Below, one piece after another: positions 16,080-26,722 of a stretch of 64,000 nucleotides of DNA. The position numbers were made by a program, and so were the translations under genes. Origin of the DNA: Eubacteriales bacterium (GTDB taxonomy: Bacteria; Bacillota; Clostridia; Oscillospirales; CAG-272); assembly GCA_045646945.1 (NCBI GenBank), contig JAZRLS010000017.1:4201-68200 (forward strand). The letters run 5' to 3'. Below the pieces are notes generated by a model. The model did no database searches. It worked only from the letters and a program-made list of their open reading frames with translations, and was not told the origin of the DNA. Position 1 is the stretch's first letter; every line of letters starts with the position of its first letter.

Positions 16080-17243
16080 TTATAATCCTATCTTGTCAAA
16101 AAAAGTTTTCATCTCTTCAGTTTGTTCTTTGCTTACATTGCTAGTTGCTTTTAACTCCTTAACGCTATGACGAAACCTATCATAAACTATGAGTCTTCCC
16201 CATCTGCGAATCTGCATCAATGGCAACAGCCACCTATGCTGTTGCAATATGGGATAATAAAGTTTTAAAGTGTCATAGGAAACAAACATTCTCGAAAACA
16301 CATAGCCAAACTTACCACCATGCTTTAATTGCTGTGCCGAAACTTTATTTAAAAGAGTTCCATAAACACCGCCGTTTAACACATAGCGTTGCAGCTCAAG
16401 GGTCAACGGTGTATGCGCTTCATCACCAAACCAAACATTCGAAAGCCGTCTTACATATTTTGCAAAAGTAAGCAATTCACATTTTTCCAAAAGCTCGTCA
16501 AGATTTTGGTCGTTGTAATTCAAATTATGTTCCAAAATATAAATATCCAAAAACGGTTTTATGCCGCATCCACCACTAAGCAAATGATATGCCATATGTG
16601 CAATATGATAAAACATAAAATATTCATTCATTTGCTTATAATGATACTTCATATTTTCAACAAGAGTCGAATGCTCCCAGACTCTAGATAAGAGCAGGTC
16701 CATTGACGGCATATTTTCTTGAATATTAAAGTGAAGTTCAAGATGTACTCCACTAGGAGAATACATAGAAATATCGTGGTAATTACGGTGATCTTCGGCT
16801 CTATAGTTTAAAACACTCTCTAAAGTCACAACAGCCTTTTTTAAGTCGCTTTCATGCACCAACAAATCTATGTCACAACTTGTACGCATCCAAGGCTCAG
16901 GATACAATGGACGAATCACCGCTCCTTTTAAAGGCATAAACGGGATTCCCTCATTTTCCAAAGTTTGAATGATGTTCGTTAGCTCATACTGTAGCGTTTC
17001 AGTACGATAAAGGGCTATCATCTGATGTTTTTTGAACTTTTGTGACAATTCATCTTTATCAAGTAAATTGAGTTTTTCCAAAGCACTCGCCACCAAATGT
17101 ACCATATCATGCGCCTTGGAAAGCTTATATAGTTCTTCCAAATGCGCCTTAATAAATGCTCTCTTTTCTTCCGAAAATTGTATTGAATCGCATACTTCAC
17201 TCTTTAAAAGAGCAACCAGTATTTCAATAAGCTGCTGATTCAC
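16080..17243 (-). CDS. Uncharacterised nucleotidyltransferase family protein (NTP_transf_5-like)
   Basis: PFMPLKGAVIRPLYPEPWMRTSCDIDLLVHESDL matches my recollection of that family. It is the last gene of the glycan operon. Confidence 0.6.
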   Translation of the reverse strand: MNQQLIEILVALLKSEVCDSIQFSEEKRAFIKAHLEELYKLSKAHDMVHLVASALEKLNLLDKDELSQKFKKHQMIALYRTETLQYELTNIIQTLENEGIPFMPLKGAVIRPLYPEPWMRTSCDIDLLVHESDLKKAVVTLESVLNYRAEDHRNYHDISMYSPSGVHLELHFNIQENMPSMDLLLSRVWEHSTLVENMKYHYKQMNEYFMFYHIAHMAYHLLSGGCGIKPFLDIYILEHNLNYNDQNLDELLEKCELLTFAKYVRRLSNVWFGDEAHTPLTLELQRYVLNGGVYGTLLNKVSAQQLKHGGKFGYVFSRMFVSYDTLKLYYPILQQHRWLLPLMQIRRWGRLIVYDRFRHSVKELKATSNVSKEQTEEMKTFFDKIGL

Positions 17244-17267
17244 GAGATATTTCTCCTCTTATGCTTA

Positions 17268-18428
17268 CTAAAACTTTCTCCAAACCATCTTGTCAACCAC
17301 ACCCGTATAGGACTGAATGATCTTTACAACTTTGGTAGAAACGTTTTCTTCAATGTAATCGGGAACGGGAATTCCATAATCACCGTTTTGATTCATCATC
17401 ACCGCCGTATCGACCGCCTGCAACAGTCCCTTCTCATCAATACCAGAAAGGATAAAGCAAGCCTTGTCAAGTGCCTCGGGACGCTCGGTTGAAGTACGAA
17501 TACAGATGGCAGGAAACGGTTTTCCGATACTTGTAAAAAAGCTTGACTCTTCGGGAAGCGTTCCGCTGTCCGAAACAACGGCAAACGCGTTCATCTGCAA
17601 ACAGTTGTAATCGTGAAAGCCGAGCGGCTCGTGCTGAATGACACGCTTGTCAAGCGCAAATCCGCTTGCCGCCAAGCGATTACGGCTTCTCGGATGGCAG
17701 GAATACAGAATGGGCATATCGTACTTCTCTGCCATCTTGTTGATCGCACCGAAGAGCGAATTGAAATTCTTCTCGGTGTCAATGTTCTCTTCTCTGTGTG
17801 CCGAAAGAAGGATATATCTTCCCTTCTCAAGTCCCAAACGGGCGTGAATATCGCTTGCCTCAATCTCAGCGAGATTATTGTGAAGCACCTCTGCCATTGG
17901 AGAGCCCGTCACATAGGTTCTTTCCTTGGGTAGACCGCAATCGGCAAGATAACGGCGCGCGTGCTCGGAGTACGCCATATTAACATCCGAAATAATATCC
18001 ACAATGCGACGGTTGGTCTCTTCGGGAAGACATTCGTCCTTGCAACGGTTACCCGCTTCCATATGAAAAATCGGAATGTGCAAGCGCTTCGCGCCGATGA
18101 CCGACAGACACGAATTGGTGTCACCAAGAACGAGCACCGCATCGGGTTTGATCTCGACCATCAGCTTATAGGACTTTGCAATGATGTTTCCGCAGGTTTC
18201 TCCAAGATCCGAGCCCACAGCATCAAGATACACGTCGGGGTCGGCAAGCTTTAGATCGCGGAAGAAAATGCCGTTGAGATTGTAGTCATAATTCTGTCCC
18301 GTATGCGCAAGGACCGTGTCGAAATACTGACGGCACTTATTAATGACCGCCGCCAGACGAATGATCTCGGGGCGCGTTCCCACGATGATCAGAAGCTTTA
18401 ATTTTCCGTTGTTTTGAAATTGTGCCAT
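17268..18428 (-). CDS. fnlC: UDP-2-acetamido-2,6-dideoxy-L-talose 2-epimerase (FnlC/CapG type, non-hydrolysing)
   Basis: KLLIIVGTRPEIIRLAAVI...HTGQNYD. Follows fnlA and fnlB. Start set to ATG 18428, 1 nt after the fnlB stop. Confidence 0.85.
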   Translation of the reverse strand: MAQFQNNGKLKLLIIVGTRPEIIRLAAVINKCRQYFDTVLAHTGQNYDYNLNGIFFRDLKLADPDVYLDAVGSDLGETCGNIIAKSYKLMVEIKPDAVLVLGDTNSCLSVIGAKRLHIPIFHMEAGNRCKDECLPEETNRRIVDIISDVNMAYSEHARRYLADCGLPKERTYVTGSPMAEVLHNNLAEIEASDIHARLGLEKGRYILLSAHREENIDTEKNFNSLFGAINKMAEKYDMPILYSCHPRSRNRLAASGFALDKRVIQHEPLGFHDYNCLQMNAFAVVSDSGTLPEESSFFTSIGKPFPAICIRTSTERPEALDKACFILSGIDEKGLLQAVDTAVMMNQNGDYGIPVPDYIEENVSTKVVKIIQSYTGVVDKMVWRKF

Positions 18429-18429
18429 A

Positions 18430-19626
18430 TCAAACCACCTCAAAGAATGTGTCGGGATGAGATGGGTCAAACGATTCGTTCGACCACATCACCGTCACAA
18501 GATTTTCCGTATCACTTAAATTGATGATATTGTGCGTATATCCGGGAAGCATATGGATCGCCTCAATCTTTTCGCCCGTTACCTCGAAGCGAAGCACCTC
18601 GTCCGAACCAATCTTACGCTCCTCAATGAGCCCGTGACCGCTTACGACGATAAAGAATTCCCACTTGGTGTGGTGCCAATGCTGTCCCTTCGTAATTCCT
18701 GGTTTCGAAATATTCACCGAGAACTGCCCACAATTCGTCGTTTTTAAAAGCTCAGTAAAGCTGCCACGATCATCGACGTTCATCTTCAGGGGAAACGAAA
18801 CCTTCTCTTTCGGAAGATAGGAAAGATAGGTACTATAAAGCTTCTTCGCAAAACTGCCCGAAGGAATTTCAGGCATCAAGAGTGTCGCAGGCTGATCGCG
18901 GAAACTCTCCAAGAGGGAAACGATCTCGCCAAGAGTCACCTTGTGTGACACAGGCGCGGCACAGTATTTTCCACCCATGCAAAGAATCGTATCAATACCG
19001 TCAAATTCACAGCGATGCTCCCTGCCCTCAAGCGCATCAAGCATCTCCGTCACAAGATCGTCAATGTATAGAAGCTCCAAGCCAATTGCGGGATCGCTGA
19101 CTGTAATGGGCAAATCATTGGCCATATTATTACAGAATGTCGCGACCGCAGAATTATAGTTTGGGCGGCACCACTTTCCGAAAAGATTCGGAAAACGGTA
19201 GACAAGCACCTTTGCTCCCGTTTCCTCGGCATAAGCAAAGAGCAATTCCTCGCCCGCTTTCTTCGAGCGTCCATAATCGCTATCATAACGACCAATACAG
19301 GTCGCCTGAATCGACGACGAAATCATCACAGGACAAGTATTTTTGTATTTTTTCAGCGTATCGAGCAGAGTCGAGGTAAAGCCGAAGTTGCCCTGCATAA
19401 ATTCTTCAGGGTTCTGCGGACGGTTTACACCCGCAAGATGAAATACAAATTCCGCTTTTTCACAATAGCTGTCAAGCAATGCGGGATCAGTGTCAAGATC
19501 GTATTCAAAAAGCTCCCCAATCGCAAGGTCAGGACGAGTGCGATCCTTAGCGTCACGAATATTTTTTAAGGCGACGCAAAGATTTTTTCCGACAAAGCCC
19601 TTTGCACCAGTCACAAGAATATTCAT
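18430..19626 (-). CDS. fnlB: CapF/FnlB-type reductase (SDR domain plus C-terminal cupin)
   Basis: MNILVTGAKGFVGKNL, with a C-terminal cupin-like KGQHWHHTKWEFFIVVSG. Start set to ATG 19626. Confidence 0.85.
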   Translation of the reverse strand: MNILVTGAKGFVGKNLCVALKNIRDAKDRTRPDLAIGELFEYDLDTDPALLDSYCEKAEFVFHLAGVNRPQNPEEFMQGNFGFTSTLLDTLKKYKNTCPVMISSSIQATCIGRYDSDYGRSKKAGEELLFAYAEETGAKVLVYRFPNLFGKWCRPNYNSAVATFCNNMANDLPITVSDPAIGLELLYIDDLVTEMLDALEGREHRCEFDGIDTILCMGGKYCAAPVSHKVTLGEIVSLLESFRDQPATLLMPEIPSGSFAKKLYSTYLSYLPKEKVSFPLKMNVDDRGSFTELLKTTNCGQFSVNISKPGITKGQHWHHTKWEFFIVVSGHGLIEERKIGSDEVLRFEVTGEKIEAIHMLPGYTHNIINLSDTENLVTVMWSNESFDPSHPDTFFEVV

Positions 19627-19627
19627 A

Positions 19628-20674
19628 TTACTTTGCTTCCTTTGCAAGCTCGTCTTGAATATATTTCAAACTTGCGATCTTCGCCTTCGTAGCCTCAACC
19701 GAAAGCAACTCCGTATTATTCGAGTTAAATTCGGTCAAAGTGTTGCGCTCGGAATCACCCTGATTAAAATACTTGTCATAGTTAAGACCGCGCTTATCGC
19801 ATGGAACACGATAGAAATTACCCATATCGATAGCATTTGCACATTCCTCATTGGTCAGAAGTGTTTCATACATCTTCTCACCGTGACGAATACCGATCAC
19901 CTTGATGTTGGATTTATCACCACCGAAGAGCTCGCAAACAGCTTCCGCTTGCGTCTGAATCGTACAAGCAGGTGCCTTTTGAACGAGAATATCACCGCTC
20001 TCACCATGCTCAAAAGCAAAGAGAACCAAATCAACCGCTTCATCGAGCGACATAATGAAACGAGTCATAGAGCCGTCGGTAATGGTGATGGGATTCCCTG
20101 CCCTGATCTGCTCAATCCAAAGCGGAATGACAGAACCGCGAGAACACATTACGTTACCGTAACGAGTGCAGCAGATCTTCGTCTTTTCGGGAGAAACGGT
20201 ACGAGATTTCGCAACGATAACCTTCTCCATCATCGCCTTCGAGGTGCCCATCGCGTTGACGGGGTAGGCGGCCTTGTCTGTCGAAAGACAAACGACGTTC
20301 TTGACTCCTGCCTCAATCGCGGCAGTCAAAACGTTTTCCGTACCAAGCACGTTGGTCTTGACAGCCTCAATCGGGAAAAATTCGCAGGACGGAACCTGCT
20401 TGAGAGCCGCCGCATGGAAAATATAGTCCACACCGTGCATTGCATTTTTCACAGAGGCAAGATCACGTACGTCTCCAATGTAAAATTTAATTTTCTCCGC
20501 CACCTCGGGCATCTTTGCCTGAAATTCGTGACGCATGTCGTCCTGCTTCTTCTCGTCACGCGAAAAAATACGGATCTCGCCAATATCGGTCGCAAGAAAA
20601 CGATTCAAAACAGCGTTACCAAAGGATCCGGTACCACCTGTGATTAAAAGAGTTTTTCCTTGAAAAAGTGACAT
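19628..20674 (-). CDS. fnlA: UDP-GlcNAc 4,6-dehydratase/5-epimerase (FnlA/CapE)
   Basis: KTLLITGGTGSFGNAVLNRF...IFSRDEKKQ, the hallmark of CapE/FnlA/WbjB. Confidence 0.9.
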   Translation of the reverse strand: MSLFQGKTLLITGGTGSFGNAVLNRFLATDIGEIRIFSRDEKKQDDMRHEFQAKMPEVAEKIKFYIGDVRDLASVKNAMHGVDYIFHAAALKQVPSCEFFPIEAVKTNVLGTENVLTAAIEAGVKNVVCLSTDKAAYPVNAMGTSKAMMEKVIVAKSRTVSPEKTKICCTRYGNVMCSRGSVIPLWIEQIRAGNPITITDGSMTRFIMSLDEAVDLVLFAFEHGESGDILVQKAPACTIQTQAEAVCELFGGDKSNIKVIGIRHGEKMYETLLTNEECANAIDMGNFYRVPCDKRGLNYDKYFNQGDSERNTLTEFNSNNTELLSVEATKAKIASLKYIQDELAKEAK

Positions 20675-20676
20675 GC

Positions 20677-21771
20677 TTATTTTCCCTCCAAAATATCCGC
20701 AATTCTCTTACAAGCAAAACCGTCACCATAAGGATTACTTGCCTTCGACATTGCCTGATACGCAGACGGATCCTCTAACAACAGCTTGAAATTCTCATAA
20801 ATGACCTGCTCGTCGGTGCCAACCAACTTCAGCGTACCTGCCTTGATTCCTTCAGGACGCTCGGTGGTATCACGCATCACCAAAACAGGCTTGCCGAGAG
20901 ACGGTGCTTCTTCCTGAATTCCACCGCTATCGGTCAAAATCATAAAGCTGCGAGCAAGGAAATTGTGGAAATCCAACACTTCCAGCGGCTCAATGATGTG
21001 AATACGATCACAATCACCAAGTTCTTCCTCTGCTGCCTGACGCACCACAGGATTCATATGAATCGGATAAATTGCCTTCACGTCGGGATGCTCATTCATC
21101 ACGCGACGAATCGCACGGAACATATTGTGCATCGGTTCGCCGAGATTTTCGCGGCGGTGAGCCGTAATCATAATCAGACGGCTATCCTTTGCCCATTCCA
21201 GTTCAGGATGCGTATAGTCTTCACGAACAGTGGTCTTTAATGCATCAATCGCAGTATTTCCCGTCACGTAGATGCTTGCAGGATCCTTGCCCTCTCTCAA
21301 AAGATTTTGCTGAGAAAGCTCGGTCGGAGAGAAGTTGTACTTTGCAACAATACCTACAGCTTGTCTGTTAAATTCTTCCGGATACGGACTATAAATATCA
21401 TACGTGCGAAGTCCTGCCTCTACGTGACCGACAGCAATCTGCTTGTAAAAACAAGCAAGAGCCGCAACAAAGGTCGTGGACGTATCACCGTGAACAAGAA
21501 CCACGTCAGGCTTTACCTCGTCAAGCACCTCGCCGAGCTTGTTCAAAATGTTTGTGGTAATGTCAAATAAGGTCTGTCCTGCCTTCATAATCGAAAGGTC
21601 ATAGTCCGGAACGACATGGAAGGTGTCAAGAACCATATCCAGCATTTGACGATGCTGTCCGGTAACGCAAACGACCGTTTTAATATTTTCTCTTGTCTTG
21701 AGTTCATTGACAAGAGGACACATTTTGATTGCTTCGGGACGTGTTCCGAAGACAAGCATTACTGTTTTCAT
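20677..21771 (-). CDS. wecB: UDP-N-acetylglucosamine 2-epimerase (non-hydrolysing)
   Basis: MLVFGTRPEAIKMCPLV...VTGQHRQMLD...HVEAGLRT. Confidence 0.9.
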   Translation of the reverse strand: MKTVMLVFGTRPEAIKMCPLVNELKTRENIKTVVCVTGQHRQMLDMVLDTFHVVPDYDLSIMKAGQTLFDITTNILNKLGEVLDEVKPDVVLVHGDTSTTFVAALACFYKQIAVGHVEAGLRTYDIYSPYPEEFNRQAVGIVAKYNFSPTELSQQNLLREGKDPASIYVTGNTAIDALKTTVREDYTHPELEWAKDSRLIMITAHRRENLGEPMHNMFRAIRRVMNEHPDVKAIYPIHMNPVVRQAAEEELGDCDRIHIIEPLEVLDFHNFLARSFMILTDSGGIQEEAPSLGKPVLVMRDTTERPEGIKAGTLKLVGTDEQVIYENFKLLLEDPSAYQAMSKASNPYGDGFACKRIADILEGK

Positions 21772-23204
21772 TTTTTACATCTCCTCTTTTTCAAAAAATT
21801 ACAAAGTGTAGCCATTATATCCATAATGATTTTTTTTAAGTCTTTGAAGTTGATTAGCGTGATCGCAAGGAAAATTACTGCAGTAAAAATTAAGCTATAT
21901 TTGATTTCAAGCGAATATATCGCCGCCGCGGCAAACAACAAAACCTGGGACAGAACGGTTATCGAAACATTGATTCGTATAGGTGTCACCTTTTGAACTA
22001 AAACGATTCTCATCAACCATACAATTCCAAAACTTACTGCCGTGGCGATTGCCGCACCCAAGGTTGAAAGCCAATTCAACAAAACAATATTCAACAAAAT
22101 GTTGATGATCGCTCCCAACATCACGGAAACAAACAGCAATTTGGTTTTTTTTGCCGCTCGGAAGGAGGATGCCAGAAAGCCAGATGCGGTGGAGTAGAAA
22201 GCAGAAACGGTTAAAAACGGCACAAACTTCCATGCCGCATAGAAGTCATTGGAAAAAAGAAATCTTGCCATAAACTTAGCCAATATGATCACCGCCATAG
22301 TGGCAAAAAGATTCACCGTGTTGAGCCACCTATAAATTTCCGTGTAGTCCTTATTGTCTTTTTCATAGCTTACAACAGCGGAAATCTGCCATGCCTGCAA
22401 GAAGATCGTTGTTATGGTTGTCAAGAGCGTGGGTATCTTATGCGCAACACTATATAACCCGTTATCCTCAACGCCGCAAAAAGCAATAATCATATATTTA
22501 TCAATGCTGGTATTGATGGACCATGCGAGCAAGGTGGGGATCATCGGAATGCTGTACTTAAGCATCTCCTTGACAATATCGGAGGACATCCTAAACGGGA
22601 AGAGATATTTGTAGATCCCCCCACAAAAGAAAGCAACAGTTGCAGGAATTGCATATCCAATCACGATGCTCATCAGGTATCCGACCACTCCTGCCTCGCA
22701 GAACACCAATAACACGACGTTGCTGACAATGATCGCGACTGTTTGCAGGATACCTGTTATGGCAAACAGCTTGGTTTTCCCGATACCCTTTATGAAGTTT
22801 GAAAACGTATTGTTGATATTAAAGAAAGCAAAAATCAGGATGAAATAAATTCCATAGTCCTTGACGTTCAACATCCCGAATCTGCTGATAAAAGGATAAG
22901 CACATAACAACAAAATAATCGACAGGACGGTAAATAAGAGCGAGCAAGAAAGAACCTCTTGCTTGGATTTTTCCTTGTCAAGGGCAAATCTGAGCGTGGC
23001 TTCGGCGATGGAAAGTGTCAGCAACGGATAAACAAAGTTTACGGTTGTTACTATGATGTCCACAATACCGTATTCCGCCGTGGTTAATATAGCGGTATAT
23101 AGCGGCGTAAGTAAGAAAACCAGTATCTTTGATCCAAAATTGCTGATAGCAAACAAAGCCGTGTCCCTGGCCAAGTTTCTATACGTTTCGTTTTTACTGT
23201 TCAT
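21768..23204 (-). CDS. wzx: Wzx-type oligosaccharide flippase (MOP superfamily)
   Basis: 478 aa with about 12-14 TM segments. Sits in the glycan locus. ATGA overlap with wecB. Confidence 0.8.
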   Translation of the reverse strand: MNSKNETYRNLARDTALFAISNFGSKILVFLLTPLYTAILTTAEYGIVDIIVTTVNFVYPLLTLSIAEATLRFALDKEKSKQEVLSCSLLFTVLSIILLLCAYPFISRFGMLNVKDYGIYFILIFAFFNINNTFSNFIKGIGKTKLFAITGILQTVAIIVSNVVLLVFCEAGVVGYLMSIVIGYAIPATVAFFCGGIYKYLFPFRMSSDIVKEMLKYSIPMIPTLLAWSINTSIDKYMIIAFCGVEDNGLYSVAHKIPTLLTTITTIFLQAWQISAVVSYEKDNKDYTEIYRWLNTVNLFATMAVIILAKFMARFLFSNDFYAAWKFVPFLTVSAFYSTASGFLASSFRAAKKTKLLFVSVMLGAIINILLNIVLLNWLSTLGAAIATAVSFGIVWLMRIVLVQKVTPIRINVSITVLSQVLLFAAAAIYSLEIKYSLIFTAVIFLAITLINFKDLKKIIMDIMATLCNFLKKRRCKK

Positions 23205-23228
23205 CTAATCTCCAAACAGCACACAGGC

Positions 23229-24386
23229 TTAATTTTCATTGTGTAAGTGCGCTAATTCAAGTTTGAAGTCCTCATAAGATCGTGCCTCAGACTCGAGTGC
23301 CTTTGCCACCGCATCGGCCTTATGATTTTCTATAATATCAGTCAGTTTGTCTGCAAAACGCCCGTAGCCGTCCTCTCCGAAAAACTCACTTGCATGCGCA
23401 TAATACATCGGGATATTCAATCTCTTGTGAAGCAAATCGTGCGCTTTGCTTTCATATTCCTCACTACAATATCCAGATGTGTCAATCGACAGGACGGGCA
23501 ATCCGTTTTTCAGTCCAAAGATGGTGCCATGGAAGTAATCAGTTACCAGACAGTGGCCGTACTGAAATACCTTTGCCCATTCAAAGGGATTCAGATTGTG
23601 CAGATAGAGATCTGCATATTTATTTCCGTCCATGAGCGCCACAATCTGATACTCTTCTCCGAAATACCTTTTAACGAAATCTCCGTATTCGGGATGCATC
23701 AACATAACAAACACTGTTTTTTTGTTGAAATCAAATTTCAGCTTCTTCATTTTTCGCTTCAATTTCATTTCATCAAAATTCAGATCGAGGAAAATAGACG
23801 GGTCACAGTTGTGCTGAGCCACATCGACATCCAACACAGAAGCAACAAAGTGCGCTGTATTATCGTCGCGCACCCCAATATAGGAAAAGTCCTTCAGTGC
23901 GTTTTTTAAATATTCCTGCTGATTCTTGTCAACGGAATAATATCTTTGCAGATGGGCGCTTGCAGCATACGACATTTTCTTGACGCCATGCACGTTTCCC
24001 AAAAAATACGGGCTCGGCAAGCCAATATCGTTCCAGTTAAACACCGCATCGCTTCCAACAATAATCACGTCATAATGCGCGGACATATATGCCTCAATTT
24101 TCTCAGTTGAGCAACCGAGAAAGGTTTTGCTTCTTTTCAACAAAGGCATGCAGCAGCGGAATTCTTTGGTTTGAACAAATTTTTTAATGCCTTCGGCGAT
24201 GCTTCTGCGATACAGGAAAACAAGCGGGCACTTATACACGAAAATTTCTCTCTTAATATGGTTATAATCAATAATGTCAACCGTATCTTTAGAGAAATCC
24301 TCCTGTACTCTTTTTTGCAAGGAATATGCCTGCATGACAGCCCCGTAGTTGATCGCTCTATGATATGTCAGTATTCCAATTCTCAT
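23229..24386 (-). CDS. Polysaccharide pyruvyl transferase family protein
   Basis: N-terminus MRIGILTYHRAINYGAVMQAYSLQ is typical of the family. Confidence 0.75.
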   Translation of the reverse strand: MRIGILTYHRAINYGAVMQAYSLQKRVQEDFSKDTVDIIDYNHIKREIFVYKCPLVFLYRRSIAEGIKKFVQTKEFRCCMPLLKRSKTFLGCSTEKIEAYMSAHYDVIIVGSDAVFNWNDIGLPSPYFLGNVHGVKKMSYAASAHLQRYYSVDKNQQEYLKNALKDFSYIGVRDDNTAHFVASVLDVDVAQHNCDPSIFLDLNFDEMKLKRKMKKLKFDFNKKTVFVMLMHPEYGDFVKRYFGEEYQIVALMDGNKYADLYLHNLNPFEWAKVFQYGHCLVTDYFHGTIFGLKNGLPVLSIDTSGYCSEEYESKAHDLLHKRLNIPMYYAHASEFFGEDGYGRFADKLTDIIENHKADAVAKALESEARSYEDFKLELAHLHNEN

Positions 24387-24390
24387 ATCG

Positions 24391-25581
24391 TTACCCCTTT
24401 TCTCTTAATAGGCTTTGTTCAATGATAAACACTCCGGCAAGCATAAAATAGCCGCCGCTTACGACAAATCCTGCGTTTGTAAAATTCAGAATGAACAAGG
24501 AAAGTTGCAAAAGTAACGATACCTGTACATATGCCGAAGTGGCCTTGAGTTTTTTATAATGAAACACGAGCCAGAGCGGTGAAAAATACCAAGCAAGATA
24601 ACACAGCGCAAACAATCCGCTCTGCGCCAAGAGTCCGGGATACACCGCATGGACATATATGCCGTTGGCGGTAAGCTTTCCCCATCCAACACCGAACACT
24701 GGGTTAGTAAGGAATAAGTCAAACTGTCTGCCGACCTCCTCTCCACGATAGAGGATGGAATCGTCGCTGGAAAAAATGTTGGCGAATCGCGCCCGCATTT
24801 GTTCAAATAGCTTGCCAAAGAACTCCGGTGCGAAAAATGCTATGACAAACAAAGCGACGATAACAAAGCAAATCATGCGCAATGCTCCAAAACTGTTTTG
24901 TTTTGCCTTTTTTCCAAAGGATGACAGGAAGATAAAGAAAAAGATAGCCGCGCACAGAACCCATCTCGTTCTGGAAAACGACAGAAATACAATGATGAAT
25001 CCGCAAACCAGTGTAACATAAAGCAGCAGTGAGCTGATTCCGTGTTCGGTTTTGTTACTGTTAAAAATTAAAACACTCGCAACAATCAAGCCACATACGC
25101 CAAAGGTACTGTTGACAGCACCTGCGGCTCGGACAAAATTACCGTCCGCTGCCCAGATTCCCACATCCAACACGCCGATGGAAACCAGAATTGATACAAT
25201 GGCCGCACCAACAGATGCCACTGCCAGTATTTTTACATATGTGGATGGTTTAATATTTGTTGTCCGCACCCACACATAAACAGCCATAGGCATTAGAAAG
25301 AAAGATGCATCCGTGAGAAAAGCACTTGTGTTTGTCCAATTCGCTATGGTCACCAAAACGGAGAACAACACATACACCAAAAGACCGATATCCCTCGGGC
25401 GAACCTTACGGCGCATTAAACAATCAAACACAAATATAAACAAAGAAATTCCAATGAATGAGAAAAACAGAAGAACGTCTAAATTGTACCCGCCAATTGA
25501 GGCACTGAAAATAGGCATTTTAAAAGTAAAAATCTGTTTGATAACAACAATTGTACCAAAGATAAAATATAGCTTTCTCAT
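24391..25581 (-). CDS. wzy: Wzy-type polymerase / O-antigen ligase-like membrane protein
   Basis: 396 aa with about 10 TM segments and one larger loop. Glycan-locus context. Confidence 0.6.
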   Translation of the reverse strand: MRKLYFIFGTIVVIKQIFTFKMPIFSASIGGYNLDVLLFFSFIGISLFIFVFDCLMRRKVRPRDIGLLVYVLFSVLVTIANWTNTSAFLTDASFFLMPMAVYVWVRTTNIKPSTYVKILAVASVGAAIVSILVSIGVLDVGIWAADGNFVRAAGAVNSTFGVCGLIVASVLIFNSNKTEHGISSLLLYVTLVCGFIIVFLSFSRTRWVLCAAIFFFIFLSSFGKKAKQNSFGALRMICFVIVALFVIAFFAPEFFGKLFEQMRARFANIFSSDDSILYRGEEVGRQFDLFLTNPVFGVGWGKLTANGIYVHAVYPGLLAQSGLFALCYLAWYFSPLWLVFHYKKLKATSAYVQVSLLLQLSLFILNFTNAGFVVSGGYFMLAGVFIIEQSLLREKG

Positions 25582-26711
25582 AATATTCCTCGTCTTATCG
25601 CATCAGCCAAAGCGGTTACTCTTTCTTCATACTTCAAATCGCGAGAATATTGCTTTACATTATCTCTGTATGTCTGATAATCCATCTTCATCTTCAACGC
25701 CGACTTATCAAAGTGGTCCGAAGAAACTCCAATTCCATAAGATTCACACAGTCTCTTGAGCGGAGGATTTTCAGAGCACAAAATAGGACAGCCTTCAAAC
25801 AAGCTCTCGTACAACTTTCCGGAAGCACAATACAAAGTATTGTAGCTGTCCTTATCAAAGACAACCACGCTTGCCTGAACGTTTTTCATACAATACCGCA
25901 GTTCCGCTCTTGAGATAAAGCCGATATAAAAGATGTTTTGCGCCCCCGTGGTTTTGAGCAACTCCTCATATTTTTTGTAGGCCACCGCAGATGCCGTGCC
26001 TGCGATCACCAGATTATACTCAGGTCCCAGCTTCAGAAAATCATTGATATAGTCAAAGGTCTGTCTTTCCTCGCTGATGCCCCCACCAAACAGAATGTTG
26101 AATTTTCCGTCAATGATCTTCCCGTCAAATTTTTGTTTGCAGGCTATCTCGTCATAATCATCGTCAATTCTGTGCATATTGTCAAATACCAAGGGAACGG
26201 ATTTCAATCCAAAATAGTCTTTCATGATATTTGCTCTCTCAATATTTGCAGCAAATACCAAATCCACGTCTTTCAGATATTTTTTCTCGCAGATCGGTCT
26301 GAATTTACTCAAAGCAGACTTCAACCAAAGAACAATTCCATCGGAGCCGAAAAAGTTCTTCTTCTTGAAATCCCCGGCCTTAATATAAAGTTCACTAGAA
26401 TCATACACGATTTTGGCGTTCGGATGCTTTTTTCTGATTTTCGGAATGAGTGCGGAACAATCGTTGTCATGCAAAACCACAATGTCAGGCTTAACCTCAT
26501 CAATTGTTTTCATCGAGGTTCGCAAAAAGTTAAACAACGCAAACGGGGATTTCTTATCAATAATATGGGAACGAACATTCTCAAAGCCGACTGGTAGCGC
26601 ATAAGATACGAAATCCACTTCGCCAAGCATCGTGCAGCATTCCAAAAACTCCTTGCTTCGCGCTTCTGAATTTACGTTATGATAAACAGCAAATACAATT
26701 TTCTTTTTCAT
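25578..26711 (-). CDS. Glycosyltransferase, GT4-like
   Basis: GT-B layout with a C-terminal YESLFEGCPIL (EX7E-type) motif. Confidence 0.7.
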   Translation of the reverse strand: MKKKIVFAVYHNVNSEARSKEFLECCTMLGEVDFVSYALPVGFENVRSHIIDKKSPFALFNFLRTSMKTIDEVKPDIVVLHDNDCSALIPKIRKKHPNAKIVYDSSELYIKAGDFKKKNFFGSDGIVLWLKSALSKFRPICEKKYLKDVDLVFAANIERANIMKDYFGLKSVPLVFDNMHRIDDDYDEIACKQKFDGKIIDGKFNILFGGGISEERQTFDYINDFLKLGPEYNLVIAGTASAVAYKKYEELLKTTGAQNIFYIGFISRAELRYCMKNVQASVVVFDKDSYNTLYCASGKLYESLFEGCPILCSENPPLKRLCESYGIGVSSDHFDKSALKMKMDYQTYRDNVKQYSRDLKYEERVTALADAIRRGIL

Positions 26712-26722
26712 TTTCTAATTTT

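Noticed and set aside
19490-20647. 385-aa plus-strand ORF overlapping fnlA.
   Set aside because: The opposite strand encodes an unmistakable CapE/FnlA dehydratase. The plus-strand product has no motif and no RBS.
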